Positions 24,401 through 36,742 of a stretch of 43,077 bases of DNA are shown piece after piece. The DNA lies in the NCBI RefSeq assembly GCF_018977255.1, contig NW_024705453.1, forward strand, positions 1 through 43,077, given 5' to 3'. A program made the translations under genes and the position numbers. The number at the start of each line of letters is the position of its first letter. The stretch's first letter is position 1. This DNA is from Callorhinchus milii (Eukaryota). The notes beneath the pieces are model-generated. The model saw only the letters and a program-made list of their open reading frames with translations, was not told the DNA's origin and made no database searches.

Positions 24401-26829
24401 TTTCACAAGTTGCACAAGTGTGATGCTGTGAACAAAGCACTTAAGAGACACTCCACTACACTCACTCAAATCTGTTCCCTCTTATTTGCCATTAAAGTGT
24501 CGCACCCATCCAAAACAGAAAAACAGATTTTGAAAGCTACCGTACAGCATTGCTGTAATCACCAACTATTAGGGAAAAGCCAGCTCGAAAGGGCTTCAGA
24601 GTCAACCCAGGTACAGTATTTGTGAAAGCTCCGCCAAGGAAAGCTGTAACCAGATGCAATTGATCTTGCTTACACATGGGTGTCCCCGGATAGGACGCAA
24701 GGAGAAGCGGTATAGGTTTCTGAAAGCATCGTAGTGATAGCGACACTGCAGTTTCTCATTCAGACTAAACGGGAGCAGCCAGGGCATGGGGTAAAATAAA
24801 GGGACTCGCTCAAGCCAAATTGAGACGTTTCTCCAGGAAAATCAATTAAATAATTAAATCTCTTTTGTTCAGTCTCATCCAGTGCGTAGCATTCGTTTAC
24901 ACCGCAAATGTGCAGAACGACTCCATAGAGAATTGGCATCAATCGTAAATATTTGATTCACAAAAAACACAATTATAGCGCGAGCATAATGATCGATTTT
25001 AATAGATCAATGAACAATCAATTATATACACTGCTCTTAGAATTAGATAAGTTTGTTTGAAATTGTTGGCAGTAGTTGAAGATGCTGCCACCCATCGGGT
25101 CCTAAAAGTTAAGAGCAATGGGGAGTCCCGCATGAGAGTGACATGCCAGGATGTGCTACCAGGACCCCAGAACTTGTAAATTTGAGGCTACAATTGGGCA
25201 CTCCTGTATGAATTGTGAGCATTGTTTTAGACTTCAGGGGCCAAGCCAGACACAGGATGGTGTTGAAGATCATGATTAACATGCTAACAGATAATTCTAT
25301 TTTTGCTTACCGTTTCCAAATGTAAGATGACCAATTGTCTGCAGCAAGAATAGCTGTTGACGTCAGATTTACAATATTTTTTAAACAGTCCTCAATTGGT
25401 ATTATACGTACCAATCAATGCCCCCCAACTAGGAGACTAATGTTCGTTTGCAGGCCAGGTGCTAAGTTACCTTCTGCCCAAAGGGGACAGCTGCCATTGC
25501 GGGTGCCCTTTCAACATTATAAAGATGAGATTTGATCTTGACTTAAAGCTTTCGTTACTGCAGGAATTCATCAAGATGCCTCGGCGTATAAGGTGCTATA
25601 TCAGACACAAATCACTATCATCATCTTCTTCTTCTGACGTCAATGTGAAGCAACAACTATAATGTTACACTGAAGTAAATGAGCCAGATAATAGCATCAA
25701 GAGTCCTGGAGTCCATCACTTTGATGCCTCCATCATATTTGTGAATAGGGCATTGAGTTGTTATACATTCCATGGTCTGTTCTGGGTCACCACGGTCGCA
25801 CACCGTAGAGTTTTTAATTTTCCATTTGTGCATCTCGTATACACATGGTTTGTGCAGATGCAGTTTAGGGCTGCCAATCGGCTTGTCCACCATTATTATA
25901 GTTGCTCATAGCATACAATCATTGCTTTTTTCAAAGTAATTTTGTCCTGATATTTCAGACATTTCTTGATTCGATGGTGACCTATTTTACTTACTTTGTC
26001 ATCTGCCAATGGGAAAATTGTTGGCTACATTTAGCTCACGCAGGAAGGGAATTTTCCTAGAGCGCTATAGTGGAGAACACGTGCACATGGACAAGTTTCA
26101 TGGAAACGTTTCCTCAATGTGGAACAGATTGGCTGCTTGGGCAATGCCACTCGCAGAGAACAAAGTCTGCATAAATGAAATTTCACGAACACCACTGGAA
26201 TGAAATGGAAGCCACACTAGCATGTATAATTCAGACTCCCACAACTTTCACAACATTCAGCAGGGATCCACCTTCCACGCTGAGGTTTAAGCTTTCCACA
26301 ATGCACAGTTGTATTATTGAAAATACCAAACATTGTATACGATATGATCACAAAGCATTAATAATCCAGTGCATCTTGTGATGTTTTCATTCTACTGGGA
26401 CGAAAGCATGAAGTGCTTTTTTCTAGCTCGCTTCCATAACTCAGCTGCTTAACACATTAATTCATCACAACTATAATATGAAAGGCTCTACAGTAATGCA
26501 ATGGTTGTGAGGATAACCCATACGTTTATTTAATTGCAAAATGCTGCGTGATTTTTTTTCTAAAGCTTTACTCAATGGCTTTGCATAAATGCCTTATTCT
26601 AGATTTTTGTGCAAAACTTAAAATAAACAAACTAAAAACAGCCAGACAGTAGCAGGCAAAACTTAATTTCAGCCTTGCTTGGCTTAACTAATGAGGAAGA
26701 TGAGCTCTGCCCGATTCCATCATCTTTGCTCAACATGCACAACCCATGATAAAAAAGCATTATGAATGCACGAACTATTAATATGACGACGCAATGAGGA
26801 GTTTGGCATTAAAAAAGATAAATTCACAA

Positions 26830-26960
26830 AAATGTGCTCAATGTCATCAGACATCACTCGCTAAGTATGGCTGAGCCTGGTTGATACTTGAACGGGTGAC
26901 CAAAGGGCTTGCTAAGGCATCGCCAGGTCGGGCTGCGAAGTGTAACCCAGGAGATGGCAG
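26830..26960 (+). mobile_element. 5S-derived (SINE3-like) head relic
   Basis: gctaagtatggctgagcctggttgatacttgaacgggtgacc resembles 5S box A-IE-box C (gctaagcagggtcgggcctggttagtacttggatgggagacc), then diverges. Confidence 0.45.
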
Positions 26961-28084
26961 TTTTGAATGTCACCCCTTCGTATGCATTGGGTTTTCTCTG
27001 GATTTTCAGATTTTCTCAAGTATTGGTCAACTATCTCAAATTCAGGATTCTCCAGAAAAAGAGAGTACCGAAACTCATTGAGGCTTTCCTGGAAAACAAA
27101 TTACTGTTATGGTGCTTACCGAGCGGACGTTATATATATGTGCCTACAAATTCGCTGGTGAAACGTAGCGTGTGTATAGGTCAGGTGCGATAACAATGTG
27201 ATTACACCGCCGCGACTCCCCGTCTTCCACATCGCTCGCGATAGATGCGTGATTATGATACGAGGACATTACACAGCTTGTCCCCAGTGTAGGACGTGAG
27301 TGACACGGCAGAGAATAATGCGATGCAAGCTTTTGAAAAACACGTAATCCACAAGATGAATTTAGAATAATACCAGTCACTTAAACAAATAAACAAATGA
27401 CTTCCCTGGTGATGGTGGTGTGAAATATTTATTTCAAATACCTCTTTGAAATGTACACGTGAAAAAAAATGGGAACTGCACAGCCCAGTGTTTTCATGTA
27501 ACAACTATAATAACTCAGTCAACCGTTACTCCATATTTTAGCTCGCAAGGAGGGCCATTGCCAAAAGCTTTATCATTCTCTCGTGGTCCGTCGTAAGGCA
27601 AAGCTAATGAAAAGTAGTTACTTTTTGTTGCAATGGATCTTTTAGCCAACAATGCCTAGACTTGGCATCAATGTGTTTTTTCAGGAGGATCCTGTTTACA
27701 AATGTTTTGGACAATTACATAACATAAATGGGCAAAGGTAGGTCAGCATCCTATTTGCTCTTGTTCTACAGGCCTTAGAGCCCTACAAACAGTAGCCTCA
27801 TGCAAGCGATTATCTTTTCATGGTTAAACAACCTCTCCTCAAAATCCGCTGGATTACAGGAGTGACCAGCCCAACATAATTCATGTGATGCATGTTGACA
27901 TTATGAATCGCCCAGCAATGAGAACCCAGCTGTGTTGTTTGTCAAAGCTATAGAGATCACACAAGACACTTTAGCAGCTTTCACAAGATGTTTGAAAGCG
28001 AGCCAAATAAATTGTCCGGAATTAATTGAACGTATCAGCACTAGCCCCAAGAATCCTTAAAATAAGATGGCCAAATCAAACAAA

Positions 28085-28211
28085 TTACCCGTGATGTGCT
28101 CAATCAAAGCATATCTTGGAAGCCAAGCAGGTTTATCATTGGTATCCGAATTGGGGCACTGGTTAGTACTCGGATGAGAGAGTGCCTAAGAATACCACCT
28201 GCGGTAGGCTT
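28085..28211 (+). pseudogene. Degenerate 5S rRNA-derived sequence
   Basis: atcttggaagccaagcagg...ctggttagtactcggatgagagagtgcctaagaataccacctgcggtaggctt aligns with the 3' two-thirds of vertebrate 5S rRNA, with a roughly 20-nt insertion. Confidence 0.6.
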
Positions 28212-28214
28212 GAG

Positions 28215-28380
28215 CTGCAAGGTAGTCAGGAAACTGCAAAGGATTCTCAAATATATTTTCTGGAGCGCTTCTAAAGTGTTTTTTTCTCTTTCCCATAGCA
28301 TGCATGGGTTTCTTCCACATGGGCCAAACACTCATACATGTAAATTGCCAAACATCCCAATGCAGAACCTTCACCACACT
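28215..28380 (-). mobile_element. Non-LTR retrotransposon RT relic
   Basis: W...EKNTLEALQKIYLRIL resembles the RTE-like motif W...EKKLEAFQRRCLRRIL. Heavily decayed. Confidence 0.35.
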
Positions 28381-30084
28381 TAGTGAGGCTTCATAGTATA
28401 TGAGAACTTCCTGTTTTGAATTTGTTGAGGACAGATGTATGTCGAGCTGGGGGTTGTCTGCTCGAATAAAGTCATTTAAATCTCGTAACCAAATTCGCCA
28501 TTTGGACTTCTCTTATCTCCACTTTAATATAGGGCACGACAAGCAGCTAAAAGGGATGACAGCCAATGGGCAAAAACAAGTGACAGAGTGTTACCGAAGA
28601 ATAGAACACGACTCAAAGGTCGTCCACTGACAAAGTGAAGCGATGAAATCGGCTCGTGTGCAGGTACTTGGGTGATTGTGACATTGTAGAACAGCGAGAG
28701 ATGGACCGATTAAGACCGAAGATTATATTAGATACACAAAACCAGACCCATGTGCCTCGAGTGGGTGTTTTCGCCAGGGCGTCTTGACTCTGCACCTTGC
28801 CGTGTGAATAATTGTGGTGCTGAACCGTGCGATGCTATACAAGGCCAAGAGCTGCTCCTGTACTGTGCCGTGTTTTTGTTCAGCAATGCAGTGCTCAATT
28901 GCTGCCCGTGACATTGAACCCCAAGCACCCTTAGTCATTAGTGGAGTGCTCTTTAAGTTGGTGGCAATTTTTTTTTTACACGGGATGAATTTTTTTTACT
29001 GTACGCTAAAGCCTAATAGAAAACATCAGCCGCGACCCTCACCAGGACAAGCGGATTGAGAAACGAACGAGCAATAAGTCGACATGCCTTTAATATCCAA
29101 TATTTCCCAAGTTTACTTCTATGCTAATTCATGTTTAAACAATAAAGCAGCACCATTTTTTCGTACGCATTATCCACCATATGAAATTGGCACAAATGAA
29201 ATGTAATTTTCTTAGGTATTAGTGAGTCCCGTCTCAATTTTCCAAAGCCTGAAACACCGGTGGATTGATGGGTGTTTATAGTTTGACACACGGTAAAGCA
29301 CGTGATGAAGACACTCACGTGCCAGCAACGTACACTCATGCGTGCACATATACACAGACACAGCACATCCTCCCTCCCAGGCAAATCGATTTTATAAGTG
29401 TGGAAACACACAGGCATAAGACTCGTGCACTGTGCCCAACCAAAGTGTGGTGTGAAGCTGAGGCTAAATGAGACGGGAAGGAAATTGACTGTTGGGTAGA
29501 AAACAATGTTCGCTGAATAGTATTTCGGTAATAATACTAATTAACAATTATGAACATCCTTTTTACATAAGCTCACACCAAAGGCATTTTGCGAAATAAC
29601 CAAATTGCACTGACAATTTTTACATAGTGGCACTTCTGACATGAAATGAGTCTTCTCAAAACAGCGCACATTCATCCATATTAAATATGGAGATAAGTGC
29701 CGTGAGCAAGCAGCTCAAAGGACGGCACAGATATGACGGTCTGGTGAAACCAGCGCTACGCATGACTGTCTCTCTAGTGCTGATGATAAAAGCACCATGT
29801 CAGATTCTGATGTAGGTGCAGCTAATTTAGGGGAGGCCCTGGTCAGGTTCAAAGCCATTATAATTAGTGTGGTTTTGAATTGAACCCAAGTTGTCAGGTT
29901 TATAATGCAGTGCGCTCCCTACTATTCCAACACTTTGACATGTACGAGGAAAGACAACGACTCTCCATAGAGCCACACAGGCTGTTAAAGCAAGTGCTGT
30001 TTGCAAGTATCTATCAAGTCAGACAAAGTGCACAAGGGAGAGTTTTTTTTATTGGATGCAATTGTGAACAATAGCCATATCAGA

Positions 30085-30310
30085 CATGAGTGCATCTAAT
30101 CGGCATAATCATTCGTTCACTGTGGTCAGCATCACTCATGACCACCTTCATTTCCCCAGTGCCAATGTATCCTCACCCTACTTATTAAAAGCCAAGCAAA
30201 CCTAGGGGAGGCCCAGTCGTAGTTACCACTCTTCATTAATATTAGCCTTGGCTGGGAATTGAACACAGGAGATCGGGTTCGTAGCACAGTGCAATAACTA
30301 CTACACCACT
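30085..30310 (-). mobile_element. Old tRNA-derived SINE
   Basis: The minus strand begins gtggtgtagtagttattgcactgtgctacgaacc...gtgttcaattcccagcc (box A/B-like). Similar heads at about 283-320 (+) and 19515-19566 (-). Confidence 0.45.
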
Positions 30311-32499
30311 CCTCTCACACACACAAAACAGGCACACACCCTCATTATGCCGACTTAAAAATATAAGGGCACAAAAAACCATAAAGCACAAGACGACACC
30401 ATGAGTGGGAAGACATACAACTGGCAGAAACACTAAGTAGGGACCAATTTCCACTCATTCACCCCTGGGAATCAACCAATTAAGCAAGCGGGCAATAAAC
30501 ATGCACTGGTGCAGTGTGGTAGAAAGTTATTTTCTGCATCGGGGTTGGTTGCAGAGGGCGGCGGTGCCGATGAAATCCCTTCCCTTGTCGACAGGAGCCC
30601 CAAGGCCATGTCCATCGAGGCTGACAATCTAAGCCCACAACACATTTGCTCTGACTCACATACGATATCACGTTTACGAGTCCTCATACATGTATCAAAA
30701 AAAAATGCCCACTTTTACAGGCTAGAGTTTGACATTGACGACTGCACTGGGAGTTGACAGTGTTTGGGCCCTTAAAAAAATCTGGTCCCGGTCATAGGAA
30801 TTCAATAAAAATGTGGAATTAAATTAACACGTCTGGCCCCTGGCATAAGATTGATGAGCACTTCCCCATTCCTTGTTTCTGTATGGAAACGATTAGACAT
30901 ATTTGATTGAAGAATTATACTTCAAAAATGCAACATGCCATAATGTAACAAGTGTTATGTGAAGCCACCTGGTGAAAGGATTTTCTTTTAAAAATGCAAT
31001 AACCAACTGAAGGTTATGAAAGGCATATCACAGATGAGCATCTGTGATAAATGATCCAAAATAATTATTTATTCTTTAAAGGTCAACGCACGTAAAAAGC
31101 ATTAGGATGGACGGGTCTATTTGTAATTATACTAAGGCATTTTAAATACGATTTTATCTTTTTAAAAATCAGCCAATTTAGGTGAAAGATTTAAAGGGTA
31201 AACCTTTGTCTAAATATCTAAAAATATTTTAAATAGACCTTTAAGTAAGCATAACAAATGTATTGACAACTCATCCCACCCAAAACCACAAATGCAAGGT
31301 ATTCTTGAACCATTACATTTCACATAATCAATACATCTATGCTCCGTGGAGAACACCCAAAAGGCTGCATACAGTCACGCACAGTACGTTACATTTGCTC
31401 TACACATCTTTGTTGGAAAACAATGAACGGAGAACAGACGTGCAGACATCCCAGGAAAATACAATTTTCAGTTCTACGTCAATCCACTGGTGGGTGGGGC
31501 CCTCTAGATTCCGAGTGGGGTTGTATGACCATACTTCACCACAGTGGTCACTTCCCAGTTTGTAAAGTGGAAGGGGGCTCAGAACCAATTCGGATATCAC
31601 TCGCCACTGATGTTAGTTAGCCATGGTAACGACATAAAACTCAGTGCTTAACGAGTTCACAGCGTAGTGCGTGTGGATACGTGCGCCGCTGCTCCCACTC
31701 CAAGAACAAAAGTCACCTCCAAATTTGATGAGTATTACTACACTGACATAGCGATGTCGAGAGCAACACACACGAGGGTAGGGACGCGCGTGGTCAGACG
31801 TGAAAACAATTACTCTCCGGACATTGACCACAGACACATCAAATTCCCGCACACACAAGGCCACACATAGGAGCCAGGGCAACAAGCCAGGCTGTGGGTG
31901 GCGCTGTGAAGCACAAATTTACGACTGCAATGAATACCCCACAGCCATTGACTTGCCTCTTGGAAACGCTGGGTTTATTTGAATCCGATTGCACTCTAAT
32001 ATGAGCAGGCGCCAATTGCACGCCGAGGTGACCTGCCCTTATTTGTCTTCATTCAATGTACATACACGTGACGGTGACAGTAAAGGCTGGGCTTTTAATA
32101 TTCAATACGACTGACTTCATAAGGCCACGCTTGTTAATGTCTAATAGGTCTCCATGGGGCTGTACTTGCTGATGTGGAATTAAAACTCAGTGGAGCTTGT
32201 TCGCATACATCGGTTTACACAGAAATAAACATTGTTGTACAGCCTTACAATTTAATCGTAGTAAAAATTCTGGATAAGCGAGTCGTCAACGTCGTGGTGT
32301 TAATTTGACCGCACCGTAACCACGCTCGGTCAGCGAGGTGGGTGGCGCAGATGCGTTGCTCACGGTTTATTCCATTTTCAACAATTACAAGGGTAGTACA
32401 ATAACAACAAAGTGTTGAAAATGTGTTACCGTGCTCCACGAAGCTAATTTCAAAAATGGTCATTCACAATCGTGGGAAATTGCACATTCTTGTGACAGG

Positions 32500-33312
32500 T
32501 CCTGGTCTCATTCCTTTGAGGCCCACATGCATGAGATTACCAAAATCTCGTTTTTCCACTTAAGCAACATAGCTGCTCGACTTAAACATATGCCGTCCCA
32601 TCCTGACTCTGAGAGGCTGGTGCGTGCCTTTATTTCATAAAGGTTGAATTATTACAATGCCTTGCTTGCTGGAATATCTAAAAAATATAGTTTAAATAGA
32701 CTACAATATCTTCTTGGTTCTTTCGGTAAAGTCACGTAGAAGGGAAATAATAAAATAATAAAAATAAAACATAATAAAAATAATCATCACGACGTTTCGG
32801 CCACAACGCAAGCAGCCGTCCTCAGGTGAAGAACAGGTCTGTCGGTAAGACAGCGTCTGAATGAAACGCCACCAGGCTATTATTTCCCTTCTACGTGACT
32901 TTACCGAAAGAACCAAGAAGATGAATCCCTGCAGCCACGAAAGCTTTAAATCGAGACTACAATATATAACAAATTCGGCTGCCCGGGTTTTAAATCAGAT
33001 CTATTACTCCAATTATTTTCCTCCCTGCGCTGGTTTCCCCCTGTAGTGTACAATAGACTTCAAGATTCTTCTTCTCACGTTTAAGGCCTTGAATGAGCTG
33101 GCTCCTAAAATATCTCCCCGATCTGCTTACGTTTTATATTCAACCGTGAAAACTTACACCTGCCGATCCTGGTCTACTCATTATTTCCTAAGACCAGACT
33201 TTGTTCTATGAACTAGGGAGCTTTTTGCAGTCAGGCTCTGTGATTGTGAAATTCCCTTCCTCGGTCCACGAGTCGATTTTGAAATCGCGTCTTAAAACTA
33301 ACCTTTATGCAA
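32500..33312 (+). mobile_element. L2/CR1-clade LINE ORF2 C-terminal relic (interrupted)
   Basis: Broken reading ITKISFFHLSNIAARLK...SERLVRAFIS*RLNYYNALLAGI...LNRLQY[insertion]ITNSAARVL...LKSRLKTNLY fits the L2 post-RT motif FFHLRNI...LVHAFISSRLDYCNSLL...RLQxxQNSAARxL. Confidence 0.8.
32710..32953. mobile_element. Penelope-like element subfamily A inserted in an L2 relic, 12-bp TSD
   Basis: TSD agactacaatat at 32698-32709 and 32954-32965. Intact minus-strand hammerhead at 32787-32834. Inverted plus direct arms. Confidence 0.82.
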
Positions 33313-33693
33313 CGCTCATTTGCAAATTGCGCTATAGAAACCCGAGTTTAATAGTATCATCGTTATTATTATCACCCACACGACAAACGATGACTGCTGT
33401 CCCATATAGTATATGGTGCCAATTTTATTGCCCCTTAGACTGGGTATGATGACGAGGATGATGGAGTTGAGTAAAGCCTGCAAAGGAATTTGCACTTTGG
33501 GTCTCATCGCCTGCTGCTCTAACCATCTTTGTCATCAGCCATGATCAACCCACTGCTGGATTGAAGGGCTCCCTCCCCCAAATCCCGATGATGTTGCTGC
33601 TCTTAAGAATTGAGCTACAATAACGCTCCCAACAATAACGCAAGTTAGTCAAATTATGATATCAACAATGATAATTGACATGTATATCGAAAC

Positions 33694-33806
33694 GTATTAT
33701 TGGGTCTTTCGATAAAGTCACGTAGATGGGTTCAAAGAAAATAACAAAGAATATCGACGAGACTTACCGAAAGACCCAAGAATATGAATTCCTTTAAGTC
33801 AAGATT
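33694..33806. mobile_element. Degenerate Penelope-like element with 11-bp TSD
   Basis: TSD tatatcgaaac at 33683-33693 and 33807-33817. Inverted ttgggtctttcg/cgaaagacccaa arms. Confidence 0.7.
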
Positions 33807-34299
33807 TATATCGAAACAGATTATTAGAATGTGCAGTTAATCAATGCTTTCAAACGTTTAAGTATTACATGTAGAACGCCTGGTAAATGTAACAATTTAT
33901 GAAGAAAACTCATCACAAAATAAGCTGAAGTGAGGTTATCTGCGTCGTTGACAAGCCGTGCCATACATCCACAGAGTGGCACAAAGCCAGCTGTCTTACA
34001 CTGAACACGCTACAAATCGCCAACAGCAGCATGACGAGGCACTAGTCACTTGTATACATTATACAAATCAAGCAAAAGTAAAAAAAACAAAGTGTTGATG
34101 TTCGTGACAGTTACAAGGTAAATTCAGCCCAAACACTTTCATTCTAATCAAACCAGCAGCTACTTTGTTTTTTTGTGGTTTCCATTCAACATGAAAGCAT
34201 CTAAGCTCCATCCCATATTCGTGTTGTTGTCGTTTATAAAGTCGTCGTCGTCGTTTATTCAAGAAAAGACGTTTTAAATCGTCAACAACACATTCACAG

Positions 34300-35330
34300 C
34301 AACATCTCGCGTCACGTCAGCCCCTCTGTGACTAAAACACAGACGCACACACACAGGAGACGGTCAGACACACGGCGGCGTTACGAGCCCAAACGAACCA
34401 CCGCCACGAAAAGCGCTCTAACAGTTGCTTAAAGTGAAATTAGCAAAGTTGTTGCGATTGTTTTGAGGGAACTGACCTCGGTAGGCGCGACGATGATTGA
34501 TTGACGACGATGACAGGCGAAGGTAACGTCGCTCCGCTCCCTTGCTCCGCGCTCTCCCGGGCGCGGACTGAGCGGCGAAGGCTGCCGAGCTCCACTTTAT
34601 TAACGATCACAGCCCCCCCCCTCACACCTCCTCCAGCCCTACCGCGTCATCGTTCAACGGACACTAGAATCCACGGCAGCCATCTTGAGTAAGGGCAATT
34701 GTCGCGGCCGTTGGGTGGGTGGGGTGGGTAGGGGGGTTGGTGCGCGTCGACCGTTGGTGATGTCACCGCACTGGCCGATCTTGGCCACAATGCACCACCA
34801 CCCCCTTCCCAAGATGGCGATCGCAGACCTCAGAGCGCACTTTTTTTCTCGAGTACGAATGTTAAGTGGGAAAAAAAAAATCAGTTTTCCGGTCTGTTAC
34901 GCACGGAAGCGCGGATTATAATATTTGCGTCAATCCCCCCCCACAAAAATATACAATTTCATTTGGAAACAAAAAAAAATGGGGTGTAAAAGTGCAGTCT
35001 CCAACTCTTATCAACAATGTCTCCGGCGTATTACGTGCAATTCAAGAGGGATCGCTCCCCGAAACGTCGCCTTTTCACAGTATTCTATTTTACTTTCACG
35101 GTGGCGATGATGTTGTTGTTGTTGTTGACGAACTTGTTGAGGCATTCATCAAGTTGTGAGAGGGGAGTTCTCCAGAAGGCCCGTAACCGCCTCACCGTTG
35201 TATTCATAACGCGGATGAGTATTCGCTGCGTCGCCACTGGGCAACGTTACTGAAGTTGGCCAATCACAGGCCGCGTACGGGGGGGGGGGCACAGATCGAC
35301 GAATCAGAAGGCGCCGCGGTGGAAACGTCA
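34300..35330. promoter_or_regulatory. CpG-island-like putative promoter region
   Basis: CpG density is visibly higher than in the flanks. YY1-like CAAGATGGCG at about 34810, CCAAT box GGCCAATCAC at about 35258, CRE-like GTCACGTCA at about 34311. Confidence 0.45.
34477..34610 (-). other. Candidate non-coding first exon of the EPB41-family gene
   Basis: GC/CpG-rich segment ending in a strong minus-strand donor ccgAG|GTCAGT (GT at 34476-34475), oriented toward the FERM exons. The transcription start is not determinable. Confidence 0.4.
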
Positions 35331-35421
35331 TAATGATACATTTTGTTTATACTGGTAGGAACCACCTGGTACCACCAGCCCACAGGGATTATTGTGTCCG
35401 TCCGTCGTGCATCAAAAATGA

Positions 35422-35626
35422 AGGGGTGGGGCTGGGTGGAGAGGGTAGGGGCTAGGTGGGGAGAGTGGGGGGTGGGAGGGGTGGGGAGGGGCTGGGTGGA
35501 GAGGGTGGGAGGGGTGGGGCTGGGTGGGGAGGGGCTGGGTGGGGAGGGTGGGGGTGGGAGGGGTGGAGCTAGGTGGGGATGGGCTGGGTGGGGGGGTGGG
35601 GAGGGGCTGGGTGGGGAGGGGCTGGT
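35422..35626 (+). repeat. G-rich low-complexity tract (GGGGT/GGGCT/GGGGA units)
   Basis: About 200 bp with dozens of G3-G6 runs; recurrent unit ggggaggggctgggt. Confidence 0.9.
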
Positions 35627-35867
35627 CACCCCGTGGTGCCCTTATAAAACTCAACGTTTAACCTACTCACGCCGGCTTGTGCCCGCCCTCACAGTCGGGC
35701 ATATTTGCGGAATACACCACGCCGCCGTTGACCCTGGCCATTGACCGAGCAACCCAACGTTCCTACCAGCTCCCTCCGCAGGAATGTGTTTTACAATTGA
35801 CGAATCCGATGAGCCCAACAACATGATAGGAGTGCAAAGTATAGGAAAACTAAACAAATCACTTATG

Positions 35868-36045
35868 ATTCTAGATTTGAAGCTTTCGTGACTGCAAGGA
35901 TTCATATTCTTAGGTTTTTTCGGTAAAGTCACGTAGGTAAAAATTTTAAATTAATAAAAGTAAAATAAAACAAAATAAAAATCACGACGTTTCGGAAGCA
36001 ACACAAGTCTCCGTCTTCAGGTGGAACCGTCACAGCCACGACAGC
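35868..36045 (-). mobile_element. Penelope-like element subfamily B
   Basis: Family 3' end plus hammerhead CTGAAGA-c-GGAGAC-ttgtgtt-GCTTCC-GAAACGTC-gtga on the minus strand at about 35981-36028. Confidence 0.75.
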
Positions 36046-36198
36046 TGTATCAAGTAACTAAAACTAAACTATTTTTTCCTATCTGACCAGATAAGACGCG
36101 ATGTCAGACCAGGCAGGCGAGCCACGAGGCTATAATGATGTGAGCTGTGCTGGAAGAGGTCTTAGCTGTCCGAATAAAAAAAAGTTTTGTAATCACTG

Positions 36199-36287
36199 AA
36201 TACGTTTTGGTTATTTCGGTAAAGTCAGGTGACTTTACCGAAAGAACCAAAGAGTATGGATTCCTGCAGTCACAAAAGATTAAAATC
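36199..36287. mobile_element. Very short fold-back Penelope-like insertion
   Basis: Hairpin ttcggtaaagtca-gg-tgactttaccgaa. Flanking aatcactg at 36191-36198 and 36288-36295. Confidence 0.65.
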
Positions 36288-36320
36288 AATCACTGTGAAC
36301 TTTAAAATAAACTCTTAGTC

Positions 36321-36742
36321 TTGAATCTTGACTTAAAGCTTTCGTGACTACATGAATTCATATTCTTTGGGTCTTTCAGTAAAGTCACGTAGATAGAAAA
36401 CAAAAATAATAAAAATAACATTTTAATTTACAATTCAAATAATAAATTGAAAAAAATAAAAGCCAAAAACCCACGATAAAAATAGTAAAATTTAATTGAA
36501 ATTTAAAATAAGTATAAATTGAAAAGAATAAACGCAAAAAACCCACGACGATTCGATTGCAACACAAGCGGTCTTCATCGCTTGTGTTGCGATCGAAACG
36601 TGGGGTATTTGGCTTTTATTATTTTCAATTTATTATTATATTTTATGTTGCTATTTTATTGCGGGTTTTGCTTTTTTCAATTTCTTTTAATGTTATTTTA
36701 TTATTTTTCTGTCTACGTGACTTTACCGAAAGAACCAAGAAT
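36321..36742. mobile_element. Penelope-like element subfamily C, long inverted pair
   Basis: Fold-back centred at about 36574. Near-perfect TSD ataaactct(t/c)agtc at 36307-36320 and 36743-36756. Partial hammerhead ATCGC-ttgtgtt-GCGATC-GAAACGT. Confidence 0.72.

Noticed and set aside
24670..24787. Possible alternative first coding exon (ATG...tgt|GTAAGC on the minus strand)
   Set aside because: Phase-compatible, but no protein similarity or promoter context; such signals are common by chance.
25657..25990. piggyBac transposase relic (HKYDGGIKVMDS resembling YNxxMGGVDxxD)
   Set aside because: Single weak motif, no TIRs identified; needs a profile search.
34501..34692. ORF starting MTT, reminiscent of the 4.1 N-terminus MTTE
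   Set aside because: Wrong strand for the gene, begins at TTG, and no further similarity.
35264..35744. Pro-rich and Gly-rich ORFs
   Set aside because: Translation artefacts of the G-rich low-complexity tract.
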